DNA of 64,000 nucleotides from Escherichia coli (GTDB lineage Bacteria; Pseudomonadota; Gammaproteobacteria; Enterobacterales; Enterobacteriaceae): NCBI RefSeq assembly GCF_044324875.1, contig NZ_CP172185.1; one strand, 5' to 3'. Shown piece by piece: positions 1 to 11,800 of this stretch (position 1 is its first letter; each line of letters starts with the position of its first letter). The notes under the pieces were generated by a model. It saw only the letters and a program-made list of their open reading frames with translations, ran no database searches and was not told where the DNA came from. The position numbers and the translations under genes were made by a program.

Positions 1-7
1 TTTGCGC

Positions 8-1345
8 TTAGATGATAAATGACAGCAGGAATGTGCCCGCCAGAGCGACGACTGAAGCGATAAATGTCGCTGTCGTATAGTATTTAAATGTTTCATTGAG
101 CGTAGCGCCGCAATATTGCTTCACCAGCCAGAAAAGCGAGTCCGTAACGATCGTGCAGCCAATCGCACCTGAACCGATAGCAATCGCAATAATTTCCGGG
201 CTGATGTCGGGATACAGCGGCAGCATGGGTGCAACAATTGCCGTTGCCCCCATCATTGCCACTGTAGCGGAGCCCACTGCAGCATGCAGAATAAGAGCCA
301 CTAACCAGGCCAGAAGAATCGGGTGCATATGCATATTAGAGAGAATAACTGCCAGCGTATCAGCGAGACTGCTGCTTTTTAAAATGGCGTTGAATGCGCC
401 TCCGGCCCCGATAATCAGCAAAATATTAGCAATAGAACCGAAGCCATTTTCCGTATGTGTGAGCATCGTCCCCATGCTCATATGTTGACGTATACCCAAC
501 ACATAATAGGCGACAAATACGGCGATAAACATGGCAGTGATAGGGTTGCCAATAAACTCAAGCAAGGTATACAAACCACTCTCACGCGCCATATTCAATT
601 CGGCAATCGTTTTCACCAACATCAGCGCAATGGGCAGCAGTACGGTGAATAACGTTGCGCCTAATGACGGTAGTGTTTTTTCATCGCGAACTTTGAGATC
701 GGCAAACTCTGTGGGTACAGGCTTAAAGGGCAGTCGTTGACCCAGAAATTTAAGGAAAAGCGGGCCACCGATCAGTGATGCCATCAGCCCAACCAGCAAA
801 CCGTAGACGATCACCGAACCGATATCTGCGCCCAGCTTATTGGCAACATATAAAGCAGCCGGATGTGGAGGAACCACGCAGTGCACTGCCATCAATGCGG
901 TACACAGCGGAATGGCCAGCTTTAACAATGAGGTATTGGTTTTTTTGGCAATTGAAAAAGCCAGAGGAATCAATAGTACGACGCCCACTTCAACAAACAG
1001 CGTGATGCCGCAAATCAGGCCAACCAGCACCATAATGACATCAGCCGAAAGCCAGCGGCAGCGCTGAAGTGTCAGACCAATTCTTTCTGCGGCACCGGAT
1101 ACTTCCATCATTTTTCCCAGTATCGTGCCAAGGCCGATAACCGCAGCGAGGAAACCCAGCGTTCCGCCAATTCCACTTTCAATAGCATTTACCATATCCA
1201 GTGGTCCCATACCCATCATCGTTCCCACGAAGAAGCTGGCCAGCAACAGCGCCAGAAACGGGTGGAATTTGAACTTCACGATGGTCAGTACAATTAACAC
1301 GATGCTGATAAGCAGCGTGCTCACAACCCAGATTTGAGAGTGCAT
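8..1345 (-). CDS. dsdX: D-serine transporter DsdX (GntP family permease)
   Basis: 445-aa polytopic membrane protein with GntP-family character; divergent from a LysR regulator as in the K-12 dsdC-dsdX arrangement; synteny with the argW region. Confidence 0.85.
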   Translation of the reverse strand: MHSQIWVVSTLLISIVLIVLTIVKFKFHPFLALLLASFFVGTMMGMGPLDMVNAIESGIGGTLGFLAAVIGLGTILGKMMEVSGAAERIGLTLQRCRWLSADVIMVLVGLICGITLFVEVGVVLLIPLAFSIAKKTNTSLLKLAIPLCTALMAVHCVVPPHPAALYVANKLGADIGSVIVYGLLVGLMASLIGGPLFLKFLGQRLPFKPVPTEFADLKVRDEKTLPSLGATLFTVLLPIALMLVKTIAELNMARESGLYTLLEFIGNPITAMFIAVFVAYYVLGIRQHMSMGTMLTHTENGFGSIANILLIIGAGGAFNAILKSSSLADTLAVILSNMHMHPILLAWLVALILHAAVGSATVAMMGATAIVAPMLPLYPDISPEIIAIAIGSGAIGCTIVTDSLFWLVKQYCGATLNETFKYYTTATFIASVVALAGTFLLSFII

Positions 1346-1562
1346 ATCTCACCTTCCCCTGTGATTAACCTGATGATATTGGACAAAAAAACAACGCAGG
1401 CTGACAAACGATAAAATTTGCCTTTCACATGAGATAAATTGCAGCAAAGGAGTGATTTACATCTAAAAATGAAGGTGAATTGAGATATGGTTCACTTTAG
1501 CTCACCTTACAGCTGAAATTTTGCCGCTATTTTTTTACACTTAAAATAAAAATGAGGTGATT
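1346..1562. promoter_or_regulatory. dsdX-dsdC divergent promoter region (expected DsdC operator)
   Basis: 217-bp intergenic region between divergently transcribed dsdX and dsdC; no specific site mapped by eye. Confidence 0.4.
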
Positions 1563-2510
1563 ATGGAACCCCTTCGTGAAATAAGAAATCGACTGCTTAA
1601 CGGCTGGCAACTATCAAAAATGCATACTTTTGAAGTGGCTGCCAGGCATCAGTCCTTCGCCCTGGCGGCAGAGGAGTTGTCGCTGAGCCCCAGTGCGGTA
1701 AGTCACCGTATCAATCAGCTGGAAGAAGAATTGGGTATTCAGTTGTTTGTCCGTTCCCATCGCAAAGTGGAATTAACGCACGAAGGGAAACGCGTTTATT
1801 GGGCGCTAAAATCGTCGCTGGATACCCTGAACCAGGAAATTCTTGATATCAAAAATCAGGAGTTATCGGGAACGTTAACTCTGTACTCCCGACCCTCTAT
1901 CGCCCAATGCTGGTTGGTGCCTGCATTAGGTGACTTTACACGCCGCTATCCGTCTATTTCGCTCACCGTGCTCACTGGTAATGACAATGTCAATTTGCAA
2001 CGTGCCGGAATCGATTTGGCGATCTACTTTGATGACGCGCCGTCAGCGCAACTGACTCATCACTTTCTGATGGATGAAGAAATCCTGCCAGTATGTAGTC
2101 CGGAATACGCTCAAAGACATGCTTTAACCAATACTGTAATTAACCTGCGTCACTGTACGTTGCTCCATGACAGACAGGCATGGAGCAACGACTCCGGAAC
2201 GGATGAATGGCATAGTTGGGCGCAACATTATGCGGTTAATTTGCCGACATCTTCAGGAATTGGCTTTGATCGTTCTGATTTAGCTGTTATCGCCGCAATG
2301 AATCATGTTGGGGTGGCGATGGGAAGAAAACGCCTGGTACAAAAAAGGCTTGCCAGTGGTGAGCTCGTTGCACCGTTTGGCGATATGACGGTGAAATGCC
2401 ATCAGCATTATTACATCACCACATTACCGGGCAGGCAGTGGCCAAAAATTGAAGCGTTTATTACCTGGTTAAGAGAACAGGTAAGTCAATATGAATGTTA
2501 TACCTTATAA
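1563..2510 (+). CDS. dsdC: LysR-family transcriptional activator DsdC
   Basis: N-terminal LysR HTH (FEVAARHQSFALAAEELSLSPSAVSHRINQLEEELG); ORF begins MIMEPL, start taken at the second Met to match the expected MEPLREIRNRLL N-terminus. Confidence 0.85.
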   Translation: MEPLREIRNRLLNGWQLSKMHTFEVAARHQSFALAAEELSLSPSAVSHRINQLEEELGIQLFVRSHRKVELTHEGKRVYWALKSSLDTLNQEILDIKNQELSGTLTLYSRPSIAQCWLVPALGDFTRRYPSISLTVLTGNDNVNLQRAGIDLAIYFDDAPSAQLTHHFLMDEEILPVCSPEYAQRHALTNTVINLRHCTLLHDRQAWSNDSGTDEWHSWAQHYAVNLPTSSGIGFDRSDLAVIAAMNHVGVAMGRKRLVQKRLASGELVAPFGDMTVKCHQHYYITTLPGRQWPKIEAFITWLREQVSQYECYTL

Positions 2511-2906
2511 TACATTAAATCATCTGGTTCCTAAATAACCTTATTATGCACTATAAGTGTATGTTGGCTTTATAAATTGCGATTTTTATATGGGAATTGT
2601 TTTGTCAATAGTTACGAAAATGATAAATAAAATAACCACATCTTCTTGGCGTCGAATATTGGAGAGCGATAATTCATAGTAAACTATGATTACCAGAGAA
2701 AAGATAAGTGGCAATATATTTGCTGGTGGCATTTTTATTAAATATTATGTGTGTTGGTTTGTGACTTTAAAAAAATTAATTTTTTAATAAAAAGGTGATT
2801 TGTTTCTCATTTTGATTAATATTGAGGATCCATTATGATTATCAGTTGTATGTCATAAAAATGAGGGGCTAAAGGCCTCAATGAATTGAGGCCTTTAGAA
2901 CAGGGG

Positions 2907-3476
2907 TTATATCTTCTTTATATCTAACACATCACCCTCCCATACTCGTTTAAATCTTGCTGCATTACTGGCTGTATATAATACCGTATGATGTATATTT
3001 CTGTGCCCTAAATAATCTTGTATTAGTCTGGTGTCTAACCCTTGATTAGCTAAAGCATACCCACAACCATGCCTAAGCATGTGAGGATGAATGTTAATAT
3101 TCATATTGTGACTATATTTCTTACACATCTTATACACATATTGTCTCGAGATTTTATTTCCTTGACAAGAAAGAAATAAAGAGTCTTCAAAAGGTTTTTT
3201 TACTATGTTATCACGTAGTGCTAGCCATTTTTTTAATAACAGAACAGTTTCTTTTTGCAGGGGATGTACTGTGGATAATCCATTTTTTAAACGCTTGATA
3301 TATATTGCTGACTCTGAAAAGTCAATGTCGCTAATCTTTAGTGCAATAAGCTCGCTTACCCTAAGGCCATGTACATATGCCATTTGTAACATGGCTTTAT
3401 CTCTAATTTCATTTTTTGAACCGTTGATGGCTTCAAAAAATAACAACCATTCACTATGAGTAATAAATTTGCGCAT
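2907..3476 (-). CDS. ipbA: FimB/FimE-family tyrosine site-specific recombinase (IpuA/IpbA-type)
   Basis: 189 aa with FimB/FimE hallmarks (HGLRVSEL, HPHMLRHGCGYALANQGLDTRLIQDYLGHRNIHHTVLYT). Which of the two adjacent recombinases is ipuA and which is ipbA cannot be settled from sequence alone. Confidence 0.45.
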   Translation of the reverse strand: MRKFITHSEWLLFFEAINGSKNEIRDKAMLQMAYVHGLRVSELIALKISDIDFSESAIYIKRLKNGLSTVHPLQKETVLLLKKWLALRDNIVKKPFEDSLFLSCQGNKISRQYVYKMCKKYSHNMNINIHPHMLRHGCGYALANQGLDTRLIQDYLGHRNIHHTVLYTASNAARFKRVWEGDVLDIKKI

Positions 3477-4224
3477 AATACTATCGGTTATACTAATTAA
3501 GTTAAAAAATAAACTATAAATACCAGAGCCTGGTATTATTGCTTGTTTTTTATAAGCAAATAATGAGCTGGGGTTTAAATTATGCCACTAAATGGATATT
3601 CATCAATACCCCGCCAGAGAGATAGTTGCTCAGTGGGTATAGATTATTATTAGTTAACCAGTGAGCATAAATAAGCACAAAAAGTTGCGTATTGTGAATA
3701 ATAATTCAATGCCATGCTGGTGGTTTTTTTGTGGTGAAAATATTTGTACCTTTTTGTTTACGGATGAAAAATAAACAGTCATATTATTTTGGTTAATTAT
3801 TGTGTTAGTTTTAACACTCGGTGATGTTTTTTGTTATAGTGCATTAATTTTTAAATAAAAAAATTCATACATTCATGGATGTAATATATACAAGATACAA
3901 TGTTAATTTTAGATAAAATATTAATTGCATTGGATACTTTTTAAATATGCCGATGTTGAGCTTAATTTTATGAGGGAATGCTATTTCGGGGTGTAGGACT
4001 TTTTTATAATCATCTTATAGGACTCTGTATATTTACAGGAGGGTTTTGAACGATAGTTACATAACGAAGGTTGTTTGTATGCGTTTACAAGCGATTAATT
4101 AGATTAGGTGAATTTTAATAAATTAATCTATAATCATACAGCAACTATATGAATTATATTATTGACTAAGTTTAATTCTTTCATCATAGTTGGCATGGCT
4201 ATTTTATATAAATAGAGGTGATTT

Positions 4225-4854
4225 ATGCAAAACAGAAAATTTTTAACGCATCATGAAATTAATTTACTACTTCAATCTGTAAAACAAAAGAGTTGCTCTT
4301 CACGCGATGTTTGCATGATTTTATTGGCTTATTTTCATGGTCTGCGTGTTAGTGAGCTCTTATCTCTGCAGTTGTCGGATTTAGAACTAACTACAGAAAA
4401 AATATATATTCAACGGATAAAAAATGGATTCAGTACAGTCCATCCACTTCAAAAGGAAGAGGTGATTGCAATAACAAACTGGCTGAATGAAAGGAATTCA
4501 ATAAATGTTAAACATTTCAATGATAACCCGTGGTTATTTGTTTCCCGAACAGGAAAACCATTATCGAGACAACGATTTTATAACATAGTTTCTGCTGCGG
4601 GTAAAAATGCAGGTTTAAATATTAAAGTTCATCCACATATGTTACGCCATGCATGTGGTTATTCACTAGCAGATAATGGTGTGGATACCCGTCTTATTCA
4701 GGACTATCTCGGGCATCGTAATATCAGGCATACGGTAATTTATACTGCTTCTAATTCAATGCGATTTGAAAAAATGTGGGGGAGAGGTGACGCAAAAAAG
4801 CAACATTTTGACCCAAAATGTAAACCCAATCTTTGTTTAGAAATTCTCGTATAG
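4225..4854 (+). CDS. ipuA: FimB/FimE-family tyrosine site-specific recombinase (IpuA/IpbA-type)
   Basis: 209 aa with FimB/FimE hallmarks (HGLRVSEL, HPHMLRHACGYSLADNGVDTRLIQDYLGHRNIRHTVIYT); sits immediately upstream of the AT-rich region preceding the LuxR-type regulator and autotransporter. Confidence 0.5.
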   Translation: MQNRKFLTHHEINLLLQSVKQKSCSSRDVCMILLAYFHGLRVSELLSLQLSDLELTTEKIYIQRIKNGFSTVHPLQKEEVIAITNWLNERNSINVKHFNDNPWLFVSRTGKPLSRQRFYNIVSAAGKNAGLNIKVHPHMLRHACGYSLADNGVDTRLIQDYLGHRNIRHTVIYTASNSMRFEKMWGRGDAKKQHFDPKCKPNLCLEILV

Positions 4855-5171
4855 AAAAACATTTTTTTCTATAAAAAACATTAAAATTACTGATTTAGAT
4901 CAATGTGTGGCGTCAATCTACACATAAAGAGGTAGATTTGTCTTCTTTTTAATCTCTGGCGTATAAAGCCAAAATGTAAATACCAATCAAAATTATATTC
5001 TGAATTAAAATAAACACGCAGGTTTTTTACCTGCGTTTTGTGCTATTTATAGTTAATTAAATTGATGTTGTCAAAATGGGTCATTTTGTAAACCTGTGCC
5101 TCAAGGTTTGTCTCCCCCCGGTGTGCAAAGCAAAAGGAAATTGGGAAAGGGGATAACAGGAAATTGATTGC
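4855..5171. promoter_or_regulatory. candidate ipuS-like invertible promoter region between recombinase and ipuR
   Basis: 317-bp AT-rich intergenic region flanked by a FimB/E-like recombinase and the ipuR/upaE operon; several short inverted-repeat pairs are present (e.g. TATAAAAA at ~4870 / TTTTTATA at ~5200; ACACATA at 4920 / TATGTGT at 5225) but the true recombination boundaries cannot be fixed by eye. Confidence 0.4.
5017..5039 (+). terminator. hairpin plus T-tract (intrinsic terminator-like) inside the candidate switch region
   Basis: cgcaggt-ttttt-acctgcg followed by TTTT; also preceded by an A-run, so it could act in either orientation. Confidence 0.45.
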
Positions 5172-5792
5172 ATGGTTTTGATTACGACGACAAAAAATAT
5201 TTTTATAATTCAAGCAATTAAGAGTATGTGTTGGCGGGGTTTTTCGTACGTGAAAGTCATCGCTGTGGACGACTATTCTTCTCTGATTCGTGATTTTGGC
5301 ACATCTTGCTTTCGGGATGAGCAATCGTTGTTGTTACCTGTATTCCCTGATAATGATTCTACTACCTGTATACGCTCACTGTATTTCATTCACCAATGGC
5401 TAAAAAGCCAGCCTGTCAATATTCCGTGCCTGGCATGGGGGGATAATGGTGTAGTTAGTAATAAAGGCATACCTTTCATACCGTGGAAATTAACAGCAGA
5501 GCAATTTTGTTTCTATATAGATAAATTTATCAATGGCTGGAGGTGCAAAAAAAATATTCGCGCGAATCATAAAGTTTCTTTTTTAGAACGACAATTATCC
5601 CCGAGGGAGAAAAGTATCTTTATATATACCAAGGAAGGAAAAGATATTGCATGGATCTCGAACACCTTGGGTATATCCAGTAAGACTGTGTGGACGCATC
5701 GTCGTAGAGCTATGGATAAACTCGGGGTAAAACGTTTACATCAATTTATAAATATTCCGCGTTCCCTTATTAGTGAAAATATTCAATTATAA
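5172..5792 (+). CDS. ipuR: LuxR-type HTH transcriptional regulator (IpuR-like)
   Basis: C-terminal LuxR/FixJ-type HTH (LSPREKSIFIYTKEGKDIAWISNTLGISSKTVWTHRRRAMDKLGV); stop is 25 bp before the autotransporter start. True start codon uncertain. Confidence 0.6.
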   Translation: MVLITTTKNIFIIQAIKSMCWRGFSYVKVIAVDDYSSLIRDFGTSCFRDEQSLLLPVFPDNDSTTCIRSLYFIHQWLKSQPVNIPCLAWGDNGVVSNKGIPFIPWKLTAEQFCFYIDKFINGWRCKKNIRANHKVSFLERQLSPREKSIFIYTKEGKDIAWISNTLGISSKTVWTHRRRAMDKLGVKRLHQFINIPRSLISENIQL

Positions 5793-5816
5793 TGTACGTT
5801 CAAGAGTATTAGTGTT

Positions 5817-8800
5817 ATGAATAAAATATATAAAGTCATTTGGAACCATACAACCCAAAAATGGGATGTTGTTTCAGAATTGACGAGTTGTAGAAAAAAA
5901 TGTAAATCAACTCGCCTAGGAATTGCTTTATCAGCAATGGTTCTGGGGGGCGCTATTGCAATTAATTGCAATAACGCAATGGCAGATGTCATATTGTCAC
6001 CAGACTGGCGTCCGGGTACGAATAACTCGGGTGTTGGGGCTGCAACAGTAAGTGGTAAAACCGAATACATCACTGGTCCAAATGTCGTCCAGTCTGGTGG
6101 GTCAGGTCTTATCTGGATGACTGTAGAACAGGCAATTTTAAATGGCTACACCACTGGAGATAATTTATCCGGATTGATTTACGTCAATACCGGAGAAAAA
6201 ACAAAAACCATTACAGTGAAGGATGAGGTTACTGGCGCTTCTCAAACACTTCAAGTGTTTGATACTGACTCTTTCTCACAACGCGATGCGGGGACTGGGG
6301 GAAATGAAACCATTCCTGGTTTTAGTGGCACTGCGGATTTTTTCAATGCGACACGTTTTGTAACAGCCAATAATGGCGGTACAGCTATTTTGGATGTGGG
6401 TTCACCAGCAATCGGTAATTTTTTTAAAAATACACAGCTTGCTGTAGCTGATGGAGAAGGTTCCTCTGTTGTATGGAACTCGGTCAATGATTTTTATTTT
6501 CAGCCTGGTGCAACCATGCAGGGGGGCGGCGTTACTCAAAAAATCATTGACTCAATGAAATATGCTGGAACAATTACTGATTGGGCGGGAAAAGTACACC
6601 ATATTAACTCTCTTGATGATTTAAAGCAATATAATCAATATTTGATAAAGTCACTAGAGGACAAAACGCTATCTTATAAGCAGTATGATGCTGAATTTAA
6701 TAAGGCCCTTATTGTCACTAAGCATAATTACAATGTGGATATGACCGCTGGGGGACGCATAGACTCAACTCCTTACAAAGAAAATGTAGGGCTGCTTGCT
6801 GTTCTCCATGCAACCAATAACGCACGAGCAATATTAGGTAAAACGGGTAAATTAACTGGAGTTCTTCCTGCCTATGGGAATGGAGGAGGGATCGTTGCAA
6901 CTAATGGTGGGACCGGTGTTAATGAAGGGGTCATTGATGCCATTGGTACTGAAATGATTGCCTATCAAGACAGTACCATTGTTAACGATGGTACACTTTT
7001 TGTTTGGGATAATAATGATAAATATGCTCTCCAGGCAGAGGGGATGGTTGCCGGTAGTAATGGTTCTTCAGCCATTAATAATGGTGTTATTAATATTCGC
7101 CCATTTAAAAATGCTTTCGCTCCAGAGGGGATTAACACCGCAATTGTTGTTAGTAATGGGGGCATGGCAACAAATAAAGGCACAATAAATATTACTGCCG
7201 ATGCATCAACTAATGATAATAATGGCAAAACACGAGGTGTAAATGTTGGAGCTGGAGGCTCTTTTATTAACTCGGCCTTCGGGAGCATCAATGTAGGTAT
7301 TGCGGAGGATAAAACTGCGACTCATTCGGCTGTGGGTTCTGTTGCGATTGAAGTACAAAATGGTGCAAACAAAGTCGTTAATGAAGGTACTATTTTTTTG
7401 GGCAGGGGGGCTCAGGGGAACTACGGAATCCTGGCAAAGGATGCCGGGACTGTTGATGTGGTAAATAAAGGGAATATCACTATTGACGGTCATGACAGTG
7501 ATGCACCTGCACTGAATGTTGGCATGCTGGCAAATAATAGCTCCGGGATGAAAAACTCCGGGATTATCAATGTTAATGGTCTGAACAGCACCGGGCTACA
7601 GGTAATCAATGCAGGACAGTTGAAATCTGACGGTACGATAAATGTTGGCGGCAAGGGTATCAGTAGTGGTTTCCGTAACTATGGTGCCTGGGTGGAAGGT
7701 GCCGGAAGCAATGTTAATGTATCCGGAAAAATCAGTCTTGCCGGTACGGGGGCTGTGGGGGTTTTTGCTAAAGATGGCGGCAGTCTGACCCTGTCAGGCA
7801 ATGGTGCAGTGCTATTTGGCAGCAGCGATCAGATAGGCTTTTATGTCTATGGAAAGGACTCTGCCATTCATAATACCGGAAGCGGTGTTATGGATGTGTC
7901 CACTGAAAACTCAACATTATTCCGTATTGCCAGCGGTGCGACATTCCAGGGAACTGCAGATGCTTCTTCTGCACTTACGGCGTCTGGTAAGAACTCTTAT
8001 GCACTTATTGCCACGGGAAAATCGGATGGCGGTGTGGCCTCGACAGTAACGTCTGGAGGAATGACCATCAACCTGACGGGTGAGGGGGCTACAGCGACTT
8101 TAATTGAAGGGGGAGCGCAGGGCACAATTGAAAGTAATGCCATTATCAATATGGATAATGCCAGTGCGATAGCCGGTATTGCGGATGGCAATGGCTATGA
8201 TATTTCCGGCAAACTCATTAATCCGAAGGACAAGACCACACTATTAACGGCGGGGGCTCAGTTAAGTTCCACCCAGGATAAAGTGACCGGGTATATCGCC
8301 CGTAATGGGGCCACTCTAAATAATACCGGTAATATCATCTTTACTGGAAAGAATACAGTGGGCGTCCGGGTTGAGGAGGGGGCTGTTGGTACCAACAGCG
8401 GAAATATTACAGTTCAGGATGGTGGTGTGGGACTAATTGCTAATGCCACACAAGATGTTACAACGATTAATAACTCGGGAAATCTCGTTCTCAAGGGGGG
8501 AGATAATGCTAACCGTACAACGGGTATAAAAGCATCTGGTACAACAACAACGGTTAATATGACCGCGGGTACTATATCTTTGCAGGGACAGGGGGCGATT
8601 GGCGTTGAGGCCAGCAATAAAGGGACTGTTAACCTTGATGGTTCGGCAGTACCGAACTTTGCTGCTGACGGCTCTGGTATTACCGATCAGATTGCTTTTC
8701 GTATTATCGGAGATGGTGCAACCATTAAGACGAATATTGCAGCGGGAACTCTGCTGGATGCTAGTGGGGAACGTTCTGTACTTTTCCGTATTGAAGATGG

Positions 8801-11800
8801 GGCAAAACAGGCCGGCTCTCTGCTGATGAAAACCTCCGGGACAGGCAGCCGTGGTATCTGGGCCACAGGGAAAGGGAGCAATGTCCTGGCTGATGCTGGC
8901 AGTGATTTCCAGATCCTGGGGGCTCAGGCTCAGGGATTATATGTAACTGGTGGTGCGACAGCGACGCTGAAACAGGGGGCATCAGTTAACCTTGTAGGGG
9001 ATGGCGCTGTTGTCGCGGAAGTTGACGGAAATGAATACGCTCTGGATGGCAGTATTACACAAACGAATACTGGCTCGGTTATTACCAATGAGGCAGATAT
9101 CTCTTCGCCGCTGAATAATGCCAAGGGCTTTATTACGCGTAATCAGGGACTGTTGATTAACAGCGGCAACATTGATTTCACTACCGGTACAGATAATATC
9201 GGCGTCTGGGTTGATAATGGTCGTTTTGAAAATACAGGAAGCAGTATAGCGGTCAATGGCGTTGCATTATTTGTTGAAGGTGAACACGCTCAGATTACCA
9301 GCACGGGAGGGGATATCGTCGCTGTGGATGGTGAGGCTGCCATTAAGCTGGGGGCGGGCGCGTCACTGAACCTGGCAGGGAGTGGCCTGGGAACGATCGA
9401 AGGTCAGAAAAATGCGCATGGCATCCTGCTGGATACAGGGGCTGTGGGGCTGGTTATTGATGGTGCGAAAATCAATGTTAATGCTGCAGGTGCGGTCGGT
9501 CACGGGATTGAGAACCGTGCAGAAATTGAAGGCATTCAGTTAACCAATACGACTGAAATTAATGTGGCTGATGGCATTGGTGTGCGGACTTCTGCTTCTC
9601 TGGCCAAGACCAACAGCGGCACTATTAATGTAGACGGCAGTGGAATTGCACTGGCGTTCCAGAAAGCTGACGGAAGTGAAACCGATAATAACCTGGATAT
9701 GTCTGACTCCGCTGGATTAGTCATTAATCTGAAAGGCACGGGCGGCACGGGTATTTTTGCCAACACTAAAGATGGTGCTGTCGTGAAGAGTGGTGCAAGT
9801 GTCAATGTTACACAGGCCGATGGCGGTTCCGCTCTGGTGGTTAACAATGCGGCCAGTGAAGTGGTTCAGAGCGGTAATCTCATCTCTGCTTCTCTGAGTC
9901 ATGCCGTAGTGGATGCTTCAAAAGCACAGTCCTTTACCAATAAAGGTCAGATTAAAGCTGCGTCCGCCACCGGGACTGCAATGGCGTTTGATGACGCAGT
10001 GAATACCACCGTACTGAATGACAGCGGTGCTGAAATTCAGGGGGTTGTGGCTCTGAACGGCGGTGATAACACATTCACCAATAAAGGCAGTATTACCGGA
10101 ACCGTCAGTGCAAAAGAGGGTAACAATACATTTTTATTTGATGATGGCAGCACACTGACAGGAGAAGTGACTGCAGGAAATGGCAATAATAATGTAACAC
10201 TCAATGGTAAGGCTCATGTTGATCAGGTTACTGCCGGTACCGGGAAGAACACCTTCACCATTAAAGGCGAAGGGGCAACCTGGAACCTGCTGGATGGCGG
10301 GCAGGGAGATTCTGATTCCCTGATTTTTGATAACGCCATTCATACGCTGGATTCTGTTGTAAAACTACAGAATTTTGAACATGTCGGGCTGAAGAACAGT
10401 TCACTTGTCACTCTGAAGGAAGCTCTTGTGCTGACCGATGGGGGGACCGGCCCGGGGTCCGTCGATATTGAATCGGGCAGCGAACTGGCCATTATTCCTG
10501 CAGTTGCAGGCAACTTTACCTTTGATCCACTGTTAACAGGCAAAGGAACACTGTCTGCCCGTCTTGATGCCGACACATCTGCTTTTGAATTCAGCCATAA
10601 CGTCGGGGATCAATTTGCCGGAACTCTGAAGCTGGGTACCAGTAGCTTTGCTCTGGAAGGGCTGAATACGAGCGGGTTAACCCATGCAATGCTGATGTCT
10701 GAAAGCGGGAATATCACAACGGTTGGCTCCGGTGTTCAGCAGATTGGCGGTCTTGGGCTCAATGGCGGAACGCTGATTTTTGGTTCCGTTATGCCGGGCG
10801 ATACCATTGCCAGCAACAGTATTGAAACCTCTGCTGCAGGTACGCTGGATATTCGGGGGAAAGGCACAATTCAGGTCACCATGCCAGATGAAGTGATTAA
10901 TGATATTCCGGCTGTTGATACCCGTAAGAATTTGCTGGAGCAGGATGATGCGCAGACCCTGGTCACACTGGTGAATGCAGCGGGTACCGTCACCGGTACT
11001 GGCGGGCAACTGCAACTGGTGGATGAAAACGGGCAGGCTATTTCTCACAGTCAGACGTTTGATGTCACTCAGGGCGGTGAAGTTGTAGCTCAGGGAAATT
11101 ATGACTATAAGCTGCTGGGAAGCTCCGACGGGATTAAAGGTGACGGACTGTACATAGGCTATGGGCTGAAGTCGCTGGATTTACAGGGAACCGGTGATAA
11201 AGCGCTGGTGCTGACACCGAGAGCGAATGCCCAAGGACTGCAGACAGATCTTGGCGCACAGTTAACGGGGGCAGGGGATCTGGCCATCGAAGCTGCGGGG
11301 CAGGTTGTCACACTGTCTAACGGCGGTAATAACTATACCGGGGATACGCTGGTGCGCAGCGGCACATTACAGATGGCAAATGACAATGTTCTTGGCGCAA
11401 CAGGTAATCTGAACGTCGCCAGCAATGCCGTCTTCAGAACAAACGGATACAGCCAGACTGTCGGTGTACTGCAGACAGAAACGGGATCGCACATTCAGCT
11501 TGATAGCGGTAGTGTGCTAACGGTCAGCGGCACGCAGCGTCAGCCGGGCGATGATAATGGTGGCGTCATTGAAAACAACGTGCTGTCCGGTGAGGGAACG
11601 CTGGCTGTCACGGGCAGCGACCTGACGGTACATGGCACCAATATCGGGTTTACCGGTAATGCCAGCCTTACCCAGGGGGCGCTGGTTGAAATGAACGGCG
11701 CACAGGGGCTGGGAAGCCAGGGTTCCATCAGCTTTGAAAGCCTTAGTGATCGCCTGGCGATTGATATCGCCGACGGTAGCGGAGTCAGCAGTAACCTGAG

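Noticed and set aside
2868..2896. 11-bp perfect hairpin (taaaggcctca-atgaat-tgaggccttta) just past the 3' end of the first recombinase gene
   Set aside because: Only a weak, displaced T-run on the relevant strand; too uncertain to call a terminator.
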